A DNA stretch of 64,000 bases from Vulcanimicrobiota bacterium (GCA_963733295.1 CAVTCS010000003.1:1-64000); one strand, 5' to 3'; shown: positions 8,756 through 19,045, counted from the stretch's first letter. Made by a program: numbers and translations. The notes: generated from the sequence alone by a model not told the origin.

Positions 8756-10147
8756 TTGAGCGTGAACCGCTGGATGCCGGTCTTCCTCCTATGGCTCCTC
8801 CCATTCGCCGTCGCGCGGGCGGCTGATTGGCCGGTCTTTGATCATGACCCGGCGCGCAGCGGGGACGCAGGTGATCAAACGCTGACGCCTGCGAACGTTG
8901 CGCTCCTACGCGAACGTTGGCATGTCAAGCTCGACGACGTCGCCGATTCGGCGCCCATCGTCGTAGGTAGCCGCCTCTTTCAAACAGCAAAGGACGGGAC
9001 GACGTATGCGATCGACGTCGCCAGCGGACGTGTCCTCTGGCGCTTCGCGACACAAGGCCCGAAGATCACAACGTCAGTCCCCGCTTTCGATGGGTCCACC
9101 AACACGTTGTACGTCCCCGGCGTCGACGGGTTCGTCCACAAGCTCGATCCCGCAACGGGCACGGAATCTCGAGGACAGGGCTTTCCGGAGCAGATTACAA
9201 CGGCTCCCCAAACCGAGAAAGACGCGTCACCGCTCAACGTCGCAAACGGCTACCTCTACGCGCAGACGTCCGGCTATCTCGGCGATGCGACACCCTACGT
9301 CGGCCACGTGATTGCGGTTCGCTTGAGCGACGGCACGAAACACGTCTTCAACACGTTGTGCGCCGGGCAGCATAGCCTGATCGAACCGCAATCGTGCCCG
9401 CAACAACGCTCCGGCATGTGGTCGCGTAGCGGCGTCGTCGTTGATCCCGATCCCTCGATGGGCGGGCGCATCTACGTCGCCACAGGGAACGGTCCTTTCA
9501 ATGTGAGCGCCGGCGATTACGGCGATTCCGTGCTCGCGCTCAGTTCCGACGCAAGCCACCTCATCGGATTCTATACGCCGAGCAACTACGACGAGCTTGA
9601 GTCGGCAGATCTCGACGTGGGCAGCAGCTCACCGGTTATGCTGCCGCGGCAGTCGAACAGCAACACGCCCCTGATGGCGGTGCAAGGCGGAAAAGATTCC
9701 GTCCTTCGCTTGCTCGATCGGACGCATTTGGACGGCGTCGGTCGCACATTACAGGACATCCCGCTCACCGACCAGCTCTTTTCTGCGCCGGCGGTCTGGA
9801 CCGACCGGAGCGGATCGGTTTGGATCTTTGTTGGCCTCGCCGACGGTATTCACGCCTATCGCGTGACGACGCAAAACGGAACGAGCCGCCTTACGAGTGC
9901 CTGGCATGCGGACGTCTCGAGCACGCGCGAAGGAGCGTCGCCGGTCGTCAGTAACGGCCTCGTGTTCGCCGCGTCGAGCGGGAGTATCGTTGCGCTCGAT
10001 GCGCAAAGCGGGCATCAACTCTGGAGCCACACGATCGGGCCGATCCATTGGGAGAGCCCCGCTGTCGCAAACGGTATGGTCTTTTGCTCGGACGAGGACG
10101 GCTATCTCACTGCGTACGGGCTTCCTCCTGCGCGCGCTACACCGTGA
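8756..10147 (+). CDS. Secreted PQQ-binding-like beta-propeller protein
   Basis: Signal peptide, DWPVFDHDPARSG, repeated YAIDxxSGxxLW motifs, IYVATGNG and DLDVGS. Confidence 0.85.
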   Translation: MSVNRWMPVFLLWLLPFAVARAADWPVFDHDPARSGDAGDQTLTPANVALLRERWHVKLDDVADSAPIVVGSRLFQTAKDGTTYAIDVASGRVLWRFATQGPKITTSVPAFDGSTNTLYVPGVDGFVHKLDPATGTESRGQGFPEQITTAPQTEKDASPLNVANGYLYAQTSGYLGDATPYVGHVIAVRLSDGTKHVFNTLCAGQHSLIEPQSCPQQRSGMWSRSGVVVDPDPSMGGRIYVATGNGPFNVSAGDYGDSVLALSSDASHLIGFYTPSNYDELESADLDVGSSSPVMLPRQSNSNTPLMAVQGGKDSVLRLLDRTHLDGVGRTLQDIPLTDQLFSAPAVWTDRSGSVWIFVGLADGIHAYRVTTQNGTSRLTSAWHADVSSTREGASPVVSNGLVFAASSGSIVALDAQSGHQLWSHTIGPIHWESPAVANGMVFCSDEDGYLTAYGLPPARATP

Positions 10148-10155
10148 CGACGAGC

Positions 10156-10623
10156 ATGGACCATCTCAAAGCCGTCTTCGCATCAGTGCTGATCTTGCTA
10201 CTCGTCGCATGTTCTTCGTCGCAGCCGTCGCAGAACAGTTCGATGACGCCGACGCCTCCATCCGAAAGCTCCTCGGCTGCTTGGCTGGCGAACGGTCGCG
10301 CAATATTTCAAACCGGGCGCGATACGAACGGAAAGCAAATTGTCGCCCAGCCACCGGCGCTCATGCCCCGATGCGCAGCCTGTCACCTCGCGAACGGCGC
10401 AGGCGGAATGCACCTTCCGGGCGGCGCCGTCAGCGCCGATCTGCGCCACGCGGCACTTGTTACAAGTCAGCAACATCCCTACACGCTCGCGCTTCTCGAA
10501 CGTGCAATCTCAACCGGCATCGATGACGATGGAAAGCCGCTGAACCCGGTAATGCCTCGCTGGAAACTATCAAAGCAGGATCTTCACGACGTCGCTTACT
10601 ACGTTTTGCACGATCTCAAATAA
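10156..10623 (+). CDS. Monoheme cytochrome c lipoprotein
   Basis: Lipobox LVAC, CAACH heme motif and distal MPRW. Alternative GTG start at 10144 overlaps the upstream stop. Confidence 0.8.
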   Translation: MDHLKAVFASVLILLLVACSSSQPSQNSSMTPTPPSESSSAAWLANGRAIFQTGRDTNGKQIVAQPPALMPRCAACHLANGAGGMHLPGGAVSADLRHAALVTSQQHPYTLALLERAISTGIDDDGKPLNPVMPRWKLSKQDLHDVAYYVLHDLK

Positions 10624-10640
10624 TAGACGGGATGCGCGTG

Positions 10641-11018
10641 TCAGGCTTTGCGCTCGTGGAAGATGAAGCGGTTCCCTTCTGTGTCGCGACCGAACGCCAT
10701 ATAACAGACGGGTGTGTCTTCGACCTTGCCGCCGTCGTCGAAGTGCACGCCACGCGTTTTCGCTTCGGTTACGCGTGCGTGGATGTCTTCGACGGCGAAC
10801 AGAATGCCGCCGCTGGTGTCAAAGGTTTCCTCGTCGTGCGGCTTGTAGAGTCCGAACGTTTCTCCGCCCGGGAACGTCCATTCCGAAACCGTGTCGGGGT
10901 AGTGCATCGTGGGTTCCGCGCCGAACAGCTGCGTATAAAATGCCGTCGCGCGGTTGAGATCCTTAACGTAGTAATATGACGCGTCGATTCCCTTGACGGT
11001 CGCTGTCGAAGTCGGCAT
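10641..11018 (-). CDS. VOC/glyoxalase family protein
   Basis: YVKDLNRATAFYTQLFG ... RDTEGNRFIFH. ATG at 11018 preceded by GAGG. Confidence 0.85.
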   Translation of the reverse strand: MPTSTATVKGIDASYYYVKDLNRATAFYTQLFGAEPTMHYPDTVSEWTFPGGETFGLYKPHDEETFDTSGGILFAVEDIHARVTEAKTRGVHFDDGGKVEDTPVCYMAFGRDTEGNRFIFHERKA

Positions 11019-11090
11019 CGTGTACCTCAAAAGTTGGGGGGCCAAGTATATCACCCGTAGCGGCGTTTCCGTAACGGGCGTCGCGACACT

Positions 11091-11652
11091 TTACTCGAGT
11101 ACGAGTCCGACCTCGATGAGGACGTCCGGGTACTCCGCCGGAGATAACGTCTCGCCGATTCCGATCTCGTGCCGGGCGAAGTATTCGTCACCGCTAGGAT
11201 TTCGAAAGACGTGGACCAGATTCGCTTGCAGATCGACGACCCAATACTCGGGGATGCCGGCGCGCGCGTACTTGGCTCTTTTCTCGCCAAGGTCGAATGC
11301 CAAGGATGAATCGGCGACCTCGACGATAAGCGCGATCTCGTGGGGGCCCGGTCTCTCGCGCGAAAAAGGCCGCGTTACGCGAGCGAGGGCGATGTCGGGC
11401 TCGGGCTCGTCGTGCGGGCCGAGGCGCAGGCTCAGGCTATGCGGCGTTCACTTCGTAACGCCCGCGACGTTGGTCGCCGAATTGAGCGTTTAAGGAGTTG
11501 GCGGCACGGCGGTGCCGATCACCCTTGGGACTCATCGTGACCACCAGACCGTCGATGAGCTCGACGCCGCGTTCCGGCAGCAAGCCGCTCTCGGCCATGC
11601 GTTCGTACACGTCGGTGGTAATACGGTGGAGCCGCTCGGCGGCAATCGCCAT
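11091..11652 (-). pseudogene. Uma2-family endonuclease with one frameshift (~11440), real or sequencing error
   Basis: VELIDG..MSPKGDRH in one frame, EPEPDIAL..IVEVADSS..KYARAGIPEYWVVDL in the next. Removing one base near 11440 restores the full ORF. Confidence 0.8.
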
Positions 11653-11738
11653 GCTCGAATGATACCTCATCCCGGCGCCCCTGCAAAGCAACGGCGAGAC
11701 GCGGCGGAGGGGAGCGCGCCTAGACCGAAGGGCCGCCC

Positions 11739-14489
11739 ATGGCGAAGCAGGCGAAGCCGAAGCCGTCGTCCTCGTCGGCTCGACCTACCGGTACGGTCAC
11801 GTTCCTGTTTTCGGATATCGAAGGCAGCACCGTGCGTTGGGAGCGCGACCCCGCGAGCATGACCGCCGCGTTAGCCCGCCACGATGCGCTGATGCAAGGA
11901 GCCATCGAAGCGCACGACGGCTACGTCTTTAAAACGATAGGCGATGCGTTCTGCGCGGCATTCACTTCGGCGGTCTCGGCGATTGCTGCGACACTCGCAG
12001 CGCAGCGAGCGCTGGCCGCCGAAGATTTCTCGGCGGTCGACGGTATCCGCGTGCGGGTGGCGCTGCACGCGGGACACGCCGACGAACGTGCCGGCGACTA
12101 TTTCGGGCCGCCGGTCAATCGGGTCGCGCGTTTGCTCGCGATCGGTCACGGCGGTCAGGTACTGGTTTCCGGCACCGTAGCCGAACTCGCACGGGACCAA
12201 TTGCCGCCGCGCTGCAGCTTGCGCGATCTGGGGATGCACCGGCTCAAAGACCTGGCGCGTCCCGAGCAAGTCTATCAGCTCGTCGCGCCCGATCTGGACG
12301 AAGCGTTTCCGGCACTCCGTTCCCTCGATGCGCTGTCGAACAATCTTCCGCGGCAACTGAGCTCGTTCGTTGGGCGCGAGGCGGTATTGCAAGAACTTGG
12401 CGCACTCGTCGCGAGCTCGCCGCTGGTCACGATCGTGGGAGCCGGCGGCGTGGGCAAAACGCGCGCGGCGATTCAGGCCGGCGCCGAACTCTTGGACGGC
12501 TCGGGTGACGGGGTGTGGCTGGCGGAACTGGCGCCGATCTCCGAGCCGGCGCTGGTCGCGACCGTCATCGCGGAAGCCTTGAGCGTTCGGGAATCGCCGA
12601 ATCACCCGTTGCTCGAGACGCTGGTTGCCTATCTCAAGAAGAAGCGGCTGCTGCTGATTTTGGACAACTGCGAGCACGTCATCGACGAAGCGCGACGCGT
12701 CGTCGCCGCGATCCTCCACGCGTGTCCCGAAGTGCGCATCCTCGCGACCAGTCGCGAAGCGTTAAACGTCGCGGGCGAGGAGATCTACCGGATGCCCTCG
12801 CTCGAGGTGCCTTCGGCGATTCGGCTCTTCGCCGATCGCGCGATCTCCGCCGACAAACGCTTTAATCTGAGCGATGAGAACGCTGCGGACGTTGCGGAGA
12901 TCTGCCGGCGGCTGGACGGGATTCCCCTCGCGATCGAGCTCGCATCCGCCCGGGTGAAAGTGCTCTCGCCGCGACAACTCGCGCTGATGCTCGACGAGCG
13001 CTTTCGGCTGCTCACCGGCGGCGATCGCGCCGCGCTTCCGCGCCAGCAGACGATGCGCGCGCTGATCGACTGGAGTTACGATCTGCTCACCGGCGAGGAG
13101 CAGGCACTCTTTCGACGTCTCTCGATCTTTGCGGGCAGCTTTACGCTCGAGAGCGCGGGCGCGGTTTGTAAGGATGATAGCGGCGACGAGCTCGCGGTGT
13201 TCGAGCGTCTCGCCTCGCTCGTCGACAAGTCGCTCGTGCACACGGAAGCGATCGCCAACGGCACGCGCTATCGGCTCTTGGAGTCCACGCGGCAATACGC
13301 GCGCGAGAAGCTGCTCGAGCGGGGCGAGCAAGACGCCGTCGCCCGCGCGCATGGAGCGGCGTATCTGGCGTTAGCGGAGCAGCTCGAGGCAGCGTACGAT
13401 ACGACGCCGGATCGTGTGTGGCACGCGCAGGCCGAACCGGAAATGGAGAACTGGCGCGCGGTCTTGACCTGGGCGCTCACCTATCGGAGCGACGTGCTGA
13501 TGGGACAGCGGCTGGCCGGCGCACTCCGCCCGGCTTGGGTGTATCTGGGTCCGGCGGAGGGTCGCACCTGGGTGATGCGCGCGCTCGAGCAGGCCGATGC
13601 CGAGGCGCCGCCGGCGGTCGTCGCTAAACTCGACTTCAGCGACGCGCTCCTGAACAGCGTGCTCGTGCAACATCGCGCCACCCACGTCGCGGCGGAGCGA
13701 GCGCGAGTAAGGTACGAGCAGCTCGACGACGTGCGCGGCATCGCGGAGACCCAACGTCTGGCGGGTTTCATTCTCGTCGCGCTGGGACAAGTGTCCGAGG
13801 GTGAAGCGCTCCTGCACGAGGCGCTGGCCTCCTCGCGTCGCCTCGGCGTCCGCCGGCTCACCAGCTTTGCGTTGCAAAACCTCGCCGTCGCGCGCAGCTC
13901 GGCCGGCGACGTCGCCCAGGCGCGCGCCTTGTACGGCGAAGCGCTCGCGATCTCCAAATCGCTCGGCGCGGAGCGGTCGGCGGCGAACGTTGCGCTCAAT
14001 CTCGGCGAAGCCGAGTTTCAAGCCGGCGACGCGGAAAGGGCGCTCCAGCTCGCGGACGAGGCACTCGCCGGTTACGGCGCGTTGAACGACACCAATAGCT
14101 GCGCGACCGCTCTGAGTAACATGGTGGCGTATCTGGTGACGCTCGATCGTTCGGACGAGGCACGTGCGCGTGCGCGCGAAGCGCTCGAGCTGGCGCGCGT
14201 TGCGCAGCTCGACGTGAGCGTCGCGTTCGCGCTGCAGCACTTCGTCGGCGTTGCGGTGCTGCGCGCGGCTGACGCTGAGGCTTGGGCGCGCGCGGCGCGC
14301 CTGCTCGGCTACGTCGAGGCGCGTCTCCTCGAGCTCGATGCCGCGCGCGAGTACACGGAGCAGCAGGGCTACGACAAGATGCTGGTCGCGCTGCGCGCCT
14401 CGCTCGGCGAAGAGCGCCTCGCGGCGCTCATGGACGAAGGCCGCACCTGGACCGAAGAGCACGCCGTCACCGAGGCCATGCTCGTATGA
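11739..14489 (+). CDS. Class III adenylate/guanylate cyclase - STAND (NB-ARC-like) ATPase - TPR protein
   Basis: FSDIEGST, FKTIGDAF, DYFGPPVNRVARL; Walker A GAGGVGKT; Walker B LILDNCEH; LDGIPLAIELA; helical repeats at the C-terminus. Confidence 0.9.
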   Translation: MAKQAKPKPSSSSARPTGTVTFLFSDIEGSTVRWERDPASMTAALARHDALMQGAIEAHDGYVFKTIGDAFCAAFTSAVSAIAATLAAQRALAAEDFSAVDGIRVRVALHAGHADERAGDYFGPPVNRVARLLAIGHGGQVLVSGTVAELARDQLPPRCSLRDLGMHRLKDLARPEQVYQLVAPDLDEAFPALRSLDALSNNLPRQLSSFVGREAVLQELGALVASSPLVTIVGAGGVGKTRAAIQAGAELLDGSGDGVWLAELAPISEPALVATVIAEALSVRESPNHPLLETLVAYLKKKRLLLILDNCEHVIDEARRVVAAILHACPEVRILATSREALNVAGEEIYRMPSLEVPSAIRLFADRAISADKRFNLSDENAADVAEICRRLDGIPLAIELASARVKVLSPRQLALMLDERFRLLTGGDRAALPRQQTMRALIDWSYDLLTGEEQALFRRLSIFAGSFTLESAGAVCKDDSGDELAVFERLASLVDKSLVHTEAIANGTRYRLLESTRQYAREKLLERGEQDAVARAHGAAYLALAEQLEAAYDTTPDRVWHAQAEPEMENWRAVLTWALTYRSDVLMGQRLAGALRPAWVYLGPAEGRTWVMRALEQADAEAPPAVVAKLDFSDALLNSVLVQHRATHVAAERARVRYEQLDDVRGIAETQRLAGFILVALGQVSEGEALLHEALASSRRLGVRRLTSFALQNLAVARSSAGDVAQARALYGEALAISKSLGAERSAANVALNLGEAEFQAGDAERALQLADEALAGYGALNDTNSCATALSNMVAYLVTLDRSDEARARAREALELARVAQLDVSVAFALQHFVGVAVLRAADAEAWARAARLLGYVEARLLELDAAREYTEQQGYDKMLVALRASLGEERLAALMDEGRTWTEEHAVTEAMLV

Positions 14490-14623
14490 ACGCAACGCCC
14501 ATCGAGGCGTGGGCAAAGTCGTCTGACCGGCACGTCGCCTCTCGTAGGAGCCGCGCGGCGGGGATCGCCGTTCGGGAAGAGCAACCATACTCCAGGCGAG
14601 TTGCCCAAGGATAAGGTACACGT

Positions 14624-15886
14624 ATGAACGATGCACCGAACGGCACAGGCGTCGGCAGACGTCGTTTCCTGAAGAGCTCACTCGGCGCGGCTGTCGCGAC
14701 GCTGGCCGCAAAACCCGCACTCGCCGCGACGCCGGCAGGACCGGCATCGGCGACGGGGCTACCGTCTCGGCCGAACGATCAGGGCGCCCCGCTTTCGGCG
14801 TACGGTCAGCCGTCACCCTATGAGAAGTCGGTCGTGCGCGTTCCGACCGATCTGACGCCGACGCAAATCTCGTCGTGGGACTTCACGCCGCTGCAGGATC
14901 TGCACGGCATCATCACGCCGAACGGCTTGTTCTTCGAGCGCAATCACGGTGGCGTGCCGGCGATCGATCCGGCGCAGCATCGGCTTCTCATCCATGGCTT
15001 GGTCGACAACGAGATCGTCTTCACGATGGACGATCTCATGCGCTATCCGGCGGTTTCGGAAATCCATTTCTTGGAGTGTTCCGGCAACGGGCTGACCGAG
15101 TGGAAGAAGCCAACCGGTAAGACCGTCCAGATCACCCACGGACTCGTCAGCTGCGTGGAGTGGACCGGCGTTCGCGTCGCTACGGTGCTGAAGGACCTCG
15201 GTTTGCGGAGCGGTGCGGCCTGGGTTCTCGCCGAGGGCAACGATGCCGCCGTGATGGACCGCAGCATTCCGCTTGACAAGATAATGGACGACGCGCTGCT
15301 CGTCTACGCGCAGAACGGCGAACGTCTCCGGCCCGAGCAAGGCTATCCGCTGCGCTTGTTGCTCCCGGGCTTCGAGGGCAACATGAACATCAAGTGGCTG
15401 CGCCGGCTGAAGGTCACGAGCGAGCCGTCGTACACGCGCGAAGAGACATCAAAGTACACCGACTTGCTCGCAAGCGGCGAAGCGCGCGCGTTCACGTTTG
15501 TCATGGAAGCGAAGTCGGTGATTACCTCGCCCTCCGGCGGTATGGTCATCGGACGCAAAGGCGAACAGGAGATTCGCGGCCTGGCCTGGTCGGGACGCGG
15601 CAAGATCGTGCGCGTCGATGTCTCAGCCGACGCTGGAAGGACCTGGGAGCAGGCGGCGCTGCAACAGCCGGTGCTCAGCAAGTGCCTCGTGCGCTTTCGG
15701 GCGCCATGGAAATGGACCGGCGAAAGTGCGGTGCTGCAGAGCCGTTGCTCGGACGAGACGGGCTACGTGCAGCCGACCTTAGCGGAGCTCGTCACCCCGC
15801 GCGGACTCAACTCGGTCTATCATCTGAATGCCATTCAAAGCTGGGCTGTTGCGTCCGATGGGCAGGTAACGAATGTTCATGCGTAA
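14624..15886 (+). CDS. soxC: Sulfite dehydrogenase molybdopterin subunit (SoxC-like), Tat-exported
   Basis: Tat signal GRRRFLK; TPLQDLHGIITPNGLFFERNHGG; Mo-ligand ECSGN; LRPEQGYPLRL; REETSKYTDL. Confidence 0.85.
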   Translation: MNDAPNGTGVGRRRFLKSSLGAAVATLAAKPALAATPAGPASATGLPSRPNDQGAPLSAYGQPSPYEKSVVRVPTDLTPTQISSWDFTPLQDLHGIITPNGLFFERNHGGVPAIDPAQHRLLIHGLVDNEIVFTMDDLMRYPAVSEIHFLECSGNGLTEWKKPTGKTVQITHGLVSCVEWTGVRVATVLKDLGLRSGAAWVLAEGNDAAVMDRSIPLDKIMDDALLVYAQNGERLRPEQGYPLRLLLPGFEGNMNIKWLRRLKVTSEPSYTREETSKYTDLLASGEARAFTFVMEAKSVITSPSGGMVIGRKGEQEIRGLAWSGRGKIVRVDVSADAGRTWEQAALQQPVLSKCLVRFRAPWKWTGESAVLQSRCSDETGYVQPTLAELVTPRGLNSVYHLNAIQSWAVASDGQVTNVHA

Positions 15887-16421
15887 GCACGCTGCAATCG
15901 TGGCGATCGCGTTCGCCGGACTCACGGTCGCGCATGGCATCGCCACCGCGGATACGGCCAGCGGCCTCGGTAGGGCGGCGACGCCCGCGCAAATTCAGCA
16001 ATGGAACGATGAGATTCCGCCCAGCGGCGCCAACCTGCCGCCTGGTTCCGGGACGGTCGCGCAAGGCGAAAAAGTCTATGCGACACAGTGCGCAGCCTGC
16101 CACGGAACGACCGCTCAAGGCGGTCCGATGGATAAGCTCGTCGGCGGTCAGGGAACGCTCAACACGGCGACGCCGGTGAAGACCGTCGGCAGTTACTGGC
16201 CCTACGCAACGACGGTCTTTGACTACATCCGGCGCGCGATGCCGTTCAATCGGCCGGGCACGCTGTCGAACGACGACGTCTACGCGGTCACGGCGTATCT
16301 TCTGAATCTGAACGGCATCGTGCCGGCGAGTTCAACGATGAATGCGACCACGTTGCCGAAAGTTCAGATGCCGAACCGCAACGCGTTCATCCTGAAAGAC
16401 CCGCGCCCCGACGCACCTTGA
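15873..16421 (+). CDS. soxD: Cytochrome c partner subunit (SoxD-like)
   Basis: GLGRAATP, LPPGSGTV, CAACH and KTVGSYWPYATTVFDYIRRAMP. Overlaps the end of soxC. Confidence 0.8.
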   Translation: MFMRKHAAIVAIAFAGLTVAHGIATADTASGLGRAATPAQIQQWNDEIPPSGANLPPGSGTVAQGEKVYATQCAACHGTTAQGGPMDKLVGGQGTLNTATPVKTVGSYWPYATTVFDYIRRAMPFNRPGTLSNDDVYAVTAYLLNLNGIVPASSTMNATTLPKVQMPNRNAFILKDPRPDAP

Positions 16422-16427
16422 GGCTAG

Positions 16428-18152
16428 CTAGACGGCTTTGATCGGGCGGTAGCGCGGCTCCCACATCGCGTTACGAACTGCCGTTTCCGCGTGCGGCGGA
16501 GTCACGCGCGCGAGCCCGTCGCGTGCCGCCTGCTCCGCGACGGCGGTTGCCACATGCACGGAGACCTCGCGCAGGTTCGCGACCGGCGGAAGAATCGCCG
16601 CACCGAGCTGCGAGGCATCGATCATCTCGGCAATCGCGCTCGCGGCGGCCATAAACATCGCATCATTGATCAGTCGCGCCCGGGTGACGATCGTCCCCAA
16701 ACCAAGACCCGGGAAGAGGATCGCATTGTTCGCTTGCCCGATCGTGTACGTCGTGTTGTTGTAGATCACCGGCTCGAAGGGACTTCCGGCCGCGATCAAC
16801 CCCTTGCCGTCGGTCCAGCGGATCAGATCGGCCGGCACCGCTTCAGCCAGTGCCGTCGGATTCGAGAGCGGCAGAATAACGGGCCGGGGAGTGCCTTCGG
16901 CCATCTCACGCACGACCGATTCGGTGAATGCACCGGTGACGGCCGACGTTCCGATCAGAATGGTCGGGTGGACGCGCCGCACGACTTCTTCCAGCGAGAT
17001 GCCGCGTTCGCCGTCGCGCTTCCAGCCGCCGACTTCGGCTGCGGGCCGCGCGTACGGCCTTTGAAAGTCGCGAAGATCCGCCATATCGTCGACGAGCACT
17101 CCCTGCCGGTCGACGCACCAGAACTGGCGCGCAGCCGCTTCGGCGGACAGACCGTCAGCGCTCATCGCGTTCTGGATGAGATCGGCGATGCCGCAGCCCG
17201 CCGCTCCGGCGCCGAAGACGACGATCTTTTGGTCTCGCATTCGGCTGCGGGCGATCTTCATTGCCGAGATCACCGCGGCGAGCACGGTCGCGGCCGTACC
17301 CTCAATGTCGTCGTTGAACGTGCAGATCGACGAGCGATATTTCTGGAGAATCCAACGCGCATTGACGGCACTGAAGTCTTCCCAGTGCAGAAGGGCGTTG
17401 GGGTACAAGCGCAAGGCGGTCGCGATGTACCTATCGATGAAGGCTTGGTACTGCTCGCCGCGGACGCGCGGGTTGCGGTATCCAAGGTAGAGGGGATCGT
17501 CGAGCAGTGCTTGCCGGTCGGTGCCGACGTCGAGCATGATCGGAATCGTGCGCGACGGATCGATCCCGGCGGCGGCGGTATACACGGCCAATTTGCCGAC
17601 GCAGATATCGATGCCGCCGACGCCCCAATCGCCGATGCCCAAAATCGCCTCGGCGTCGGTCGCCACGATCAGATCGACGTCGTCGGCGCCGGCCCCGGCA
17701 TTCAGCAGCGCTTGCTCGATTTCATCCGGGCGGTCGATCGAAAGAAAAGCACCTCGCGGCCTGCGGTACTGAGCGCTGTACCGCTGGATCGCTAAACCCA
17801 CCGTCGGCGTGTAGATGACCGGAAACATTTCATCGACGTGCGCGGCGAGCAGATGGAAGAAAAGTGTCTCGTTGCGATCCTGCAACGCATTCAGGAACCT
17901 GTTCCGAGCCAGGTCGTCCGGTTGGTTCTTGAAGAGCTCGTAAGCACGCGCGGCCTGGTGCTCGATCGTTTTGATCGCAGGCGGAAGTAGTCCGGTCAAC
18001 CCCAGCGCCTGCCGCTCCTCCAACGTGAACGCCGTGCCTTTGTTGATCTGAGGCGTACGTAATACGTCGTAGCCCCGAGCGGAGATTTCGAAGGCGCCAT
18101 TTTCGTCGACGTGATAAAACTTGGTCGGTTTGCGAACGCTAGTGACCGCCAT
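16428..18152 (-). CDS. maeA: NAD-dependent malic enzyme
   Basis: NKGTAFTLEER, IYTPTVG, ILGIGDWG, FNDDIEGT, GAGAAG, LSNPT and GQANNAILFPG. Confidence 0.9.
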   Translation of the reverse strand: MAVTSVRKPTKFYHVDENGAFEISARGYDVLRTPQINKGTAFTLEERQALGLTGLLPPAIKTIEHQAARAYELFKNQPDDLARNRFLNALQDRNETLFFHLLAAHVDEMFPVIYTPTVGLAIQRYSAQYRRPRGAFLSIDRPDEIEQALLNAGAGADDVDLIVATDAEAILGIGDWGVGGIDICVGKLAVYTAAAGIDPSRTIPIMLDVGTDRQALLDDPLYLGYRNPRVRGEQYQAFIDRYIATALRLYPNALLHWEDFSAVNARWILQKYRSSICTFNDDIEGTAATVLAAVISAMKIARSRMRDQKIVVFGAGAAGCGIADLIQNAMSADGLSAEAAARQFWCVDRQGVLVDDMADLRDFQRPYARPAAEVGGWKRDGERGISLEEVVRRVHPTILIGTSAVTGAFTESVVREMAEGTPRPVILPLSNPTALAEAVPADLIRWTDGKGLIAAGSPFEPVIYNNTTYTIGQANNAILFPGLGLGTIVTRARLINDAMFMAAASAIAEMIDASQLGAAILPPVANLREVSVHVATAVAEQAARDGLARVTPPHAETAVRNAMWEPRYRPIKAV

Positions 18153-18178
18153 ACACGCCCTCGCCACGTCTGCCCCTG

Positions 18179-18793
18179 CTATGCAGAGTGAGGCTTCTTG
18201 CGGGGCCGGCCGCCTTTTTTGCCATTCGCGCGTACGGCTGCCGCCTTCTTTGCGCTCTTTATTTGGCCCGCGGCTCGACGCTGCTCGGTAATGCCGGAGA
18301 GCAGTCGCAGCACACCCGGAACGGAGTAGTCGAGGTCATCGCTGACGATGATCGCGGCGCCGCCCGGTGCAAGGCGAGCCTCCTGGAGTTCGTCCCTCGT
18401 GGCGTGGACGAAGCCCGGTATCAGGGAGCGAGGCACGGTCACAGATGCTCCTGAGAAGAGGGTCAGATGGAAAGCGTCCGAGTCCGACTCGTATCGCAGA
18501 TCCCTCGCGTAGAACGGCTTCATCGCCTCGCCGCGCGCCTTCGCTCGCGCGATTTCGGACTCGAGTTTCTTGGCAGAAGGTTCACGATAGGAAGTGCTCA
18601 CGATCCATGCTCCTCGCGGCGGGCTAAAGCGGACATCGGCACGGCTTGGCCGCCCGCGTATTTCGATCACCTCGACCGGACAGAGGGCGACCTTGATGAC
18701 CGCGCCGCCGCGATAAACGTGAACGTGGGGAGGTTCATGGTCTCCGGGGATCACCCTCACTTCGAAACCACGGTCCCGAACAACGGTCGGCAC
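18179..18793 (-). CDS. DUF4160 (toxin-like) fragment fused in frame to a DUF2442 antitoxin-like protein
   Basis: N-terminal DHEPPHVHV (DUF4160). C-terminal part ends SAKKAAAVRANGKKGGRPRK (DUF2442-type). The antitoxin has its own likely GTG start at 18601 with GAGGAG upstream. Confidence 0.7.
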   Translation of the reverse strand: MPTVVRDRGFEVRVIPGDHEPPHVHVYRGGAVIKVALCPVEVIEIRGRPSRADVRFSPPRGAWIVSTSYREPSAKKLESEIARAKARGEAMKPFYARDLRYESDSDAFHLTLFSGASVTVPRSLIPGFVHATRDELQEARLAPGGAAIIVSDDLDYSVPGVLRLLSGITEQRRAAGQIKSAKKAAAVRANGKKGGRPRKKPHSA

Positions 18794-18854
18794 TTAGGGA
18801 ATTGTAAACCAAACGTCGCTAGGTTTCAAGCCCGTTCCGCTGGTCAGCTCGCAA

Positions 18855-19045
18855 CCGGCCGCTCATTTTGGCCGAAGCCGCCGAAGAGCGCCGTCGCACG
18901 GAGCCTTTCTTGACGCATCGTGCGGCTGCTCCTCGATGAAACACGGGCGCTCGTTCCTTCGTCGAGCGACTGCGGAACGTCGGGTACGACGTCGTAACTT
19001 CAGTCGAGATCGTGCGTTTCGGCGCGCGATCAGGATGTTGCTGAG
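18855..19045 (+). pseudogene. Remnant DUF433-like / DUF5615 PIN-like toxin-antitoxin pair
   Basis: LILAEAAEERRR...* overlaps a GTG at 18920 giving VRLLLDE, then a frameshift to ..RSFVERLRNVGYDVVTSVE..GA.DQDV. Truncated. Confidence 0.55.

Noticed and set aside
14490..14610. c-di-GMP-I or Moco riboswitch
   Set aside because: GGGCAAA..GTTGCC is reminiscent, but the GAAA tetraloop/receptor and other conserved elements are not identifiable.
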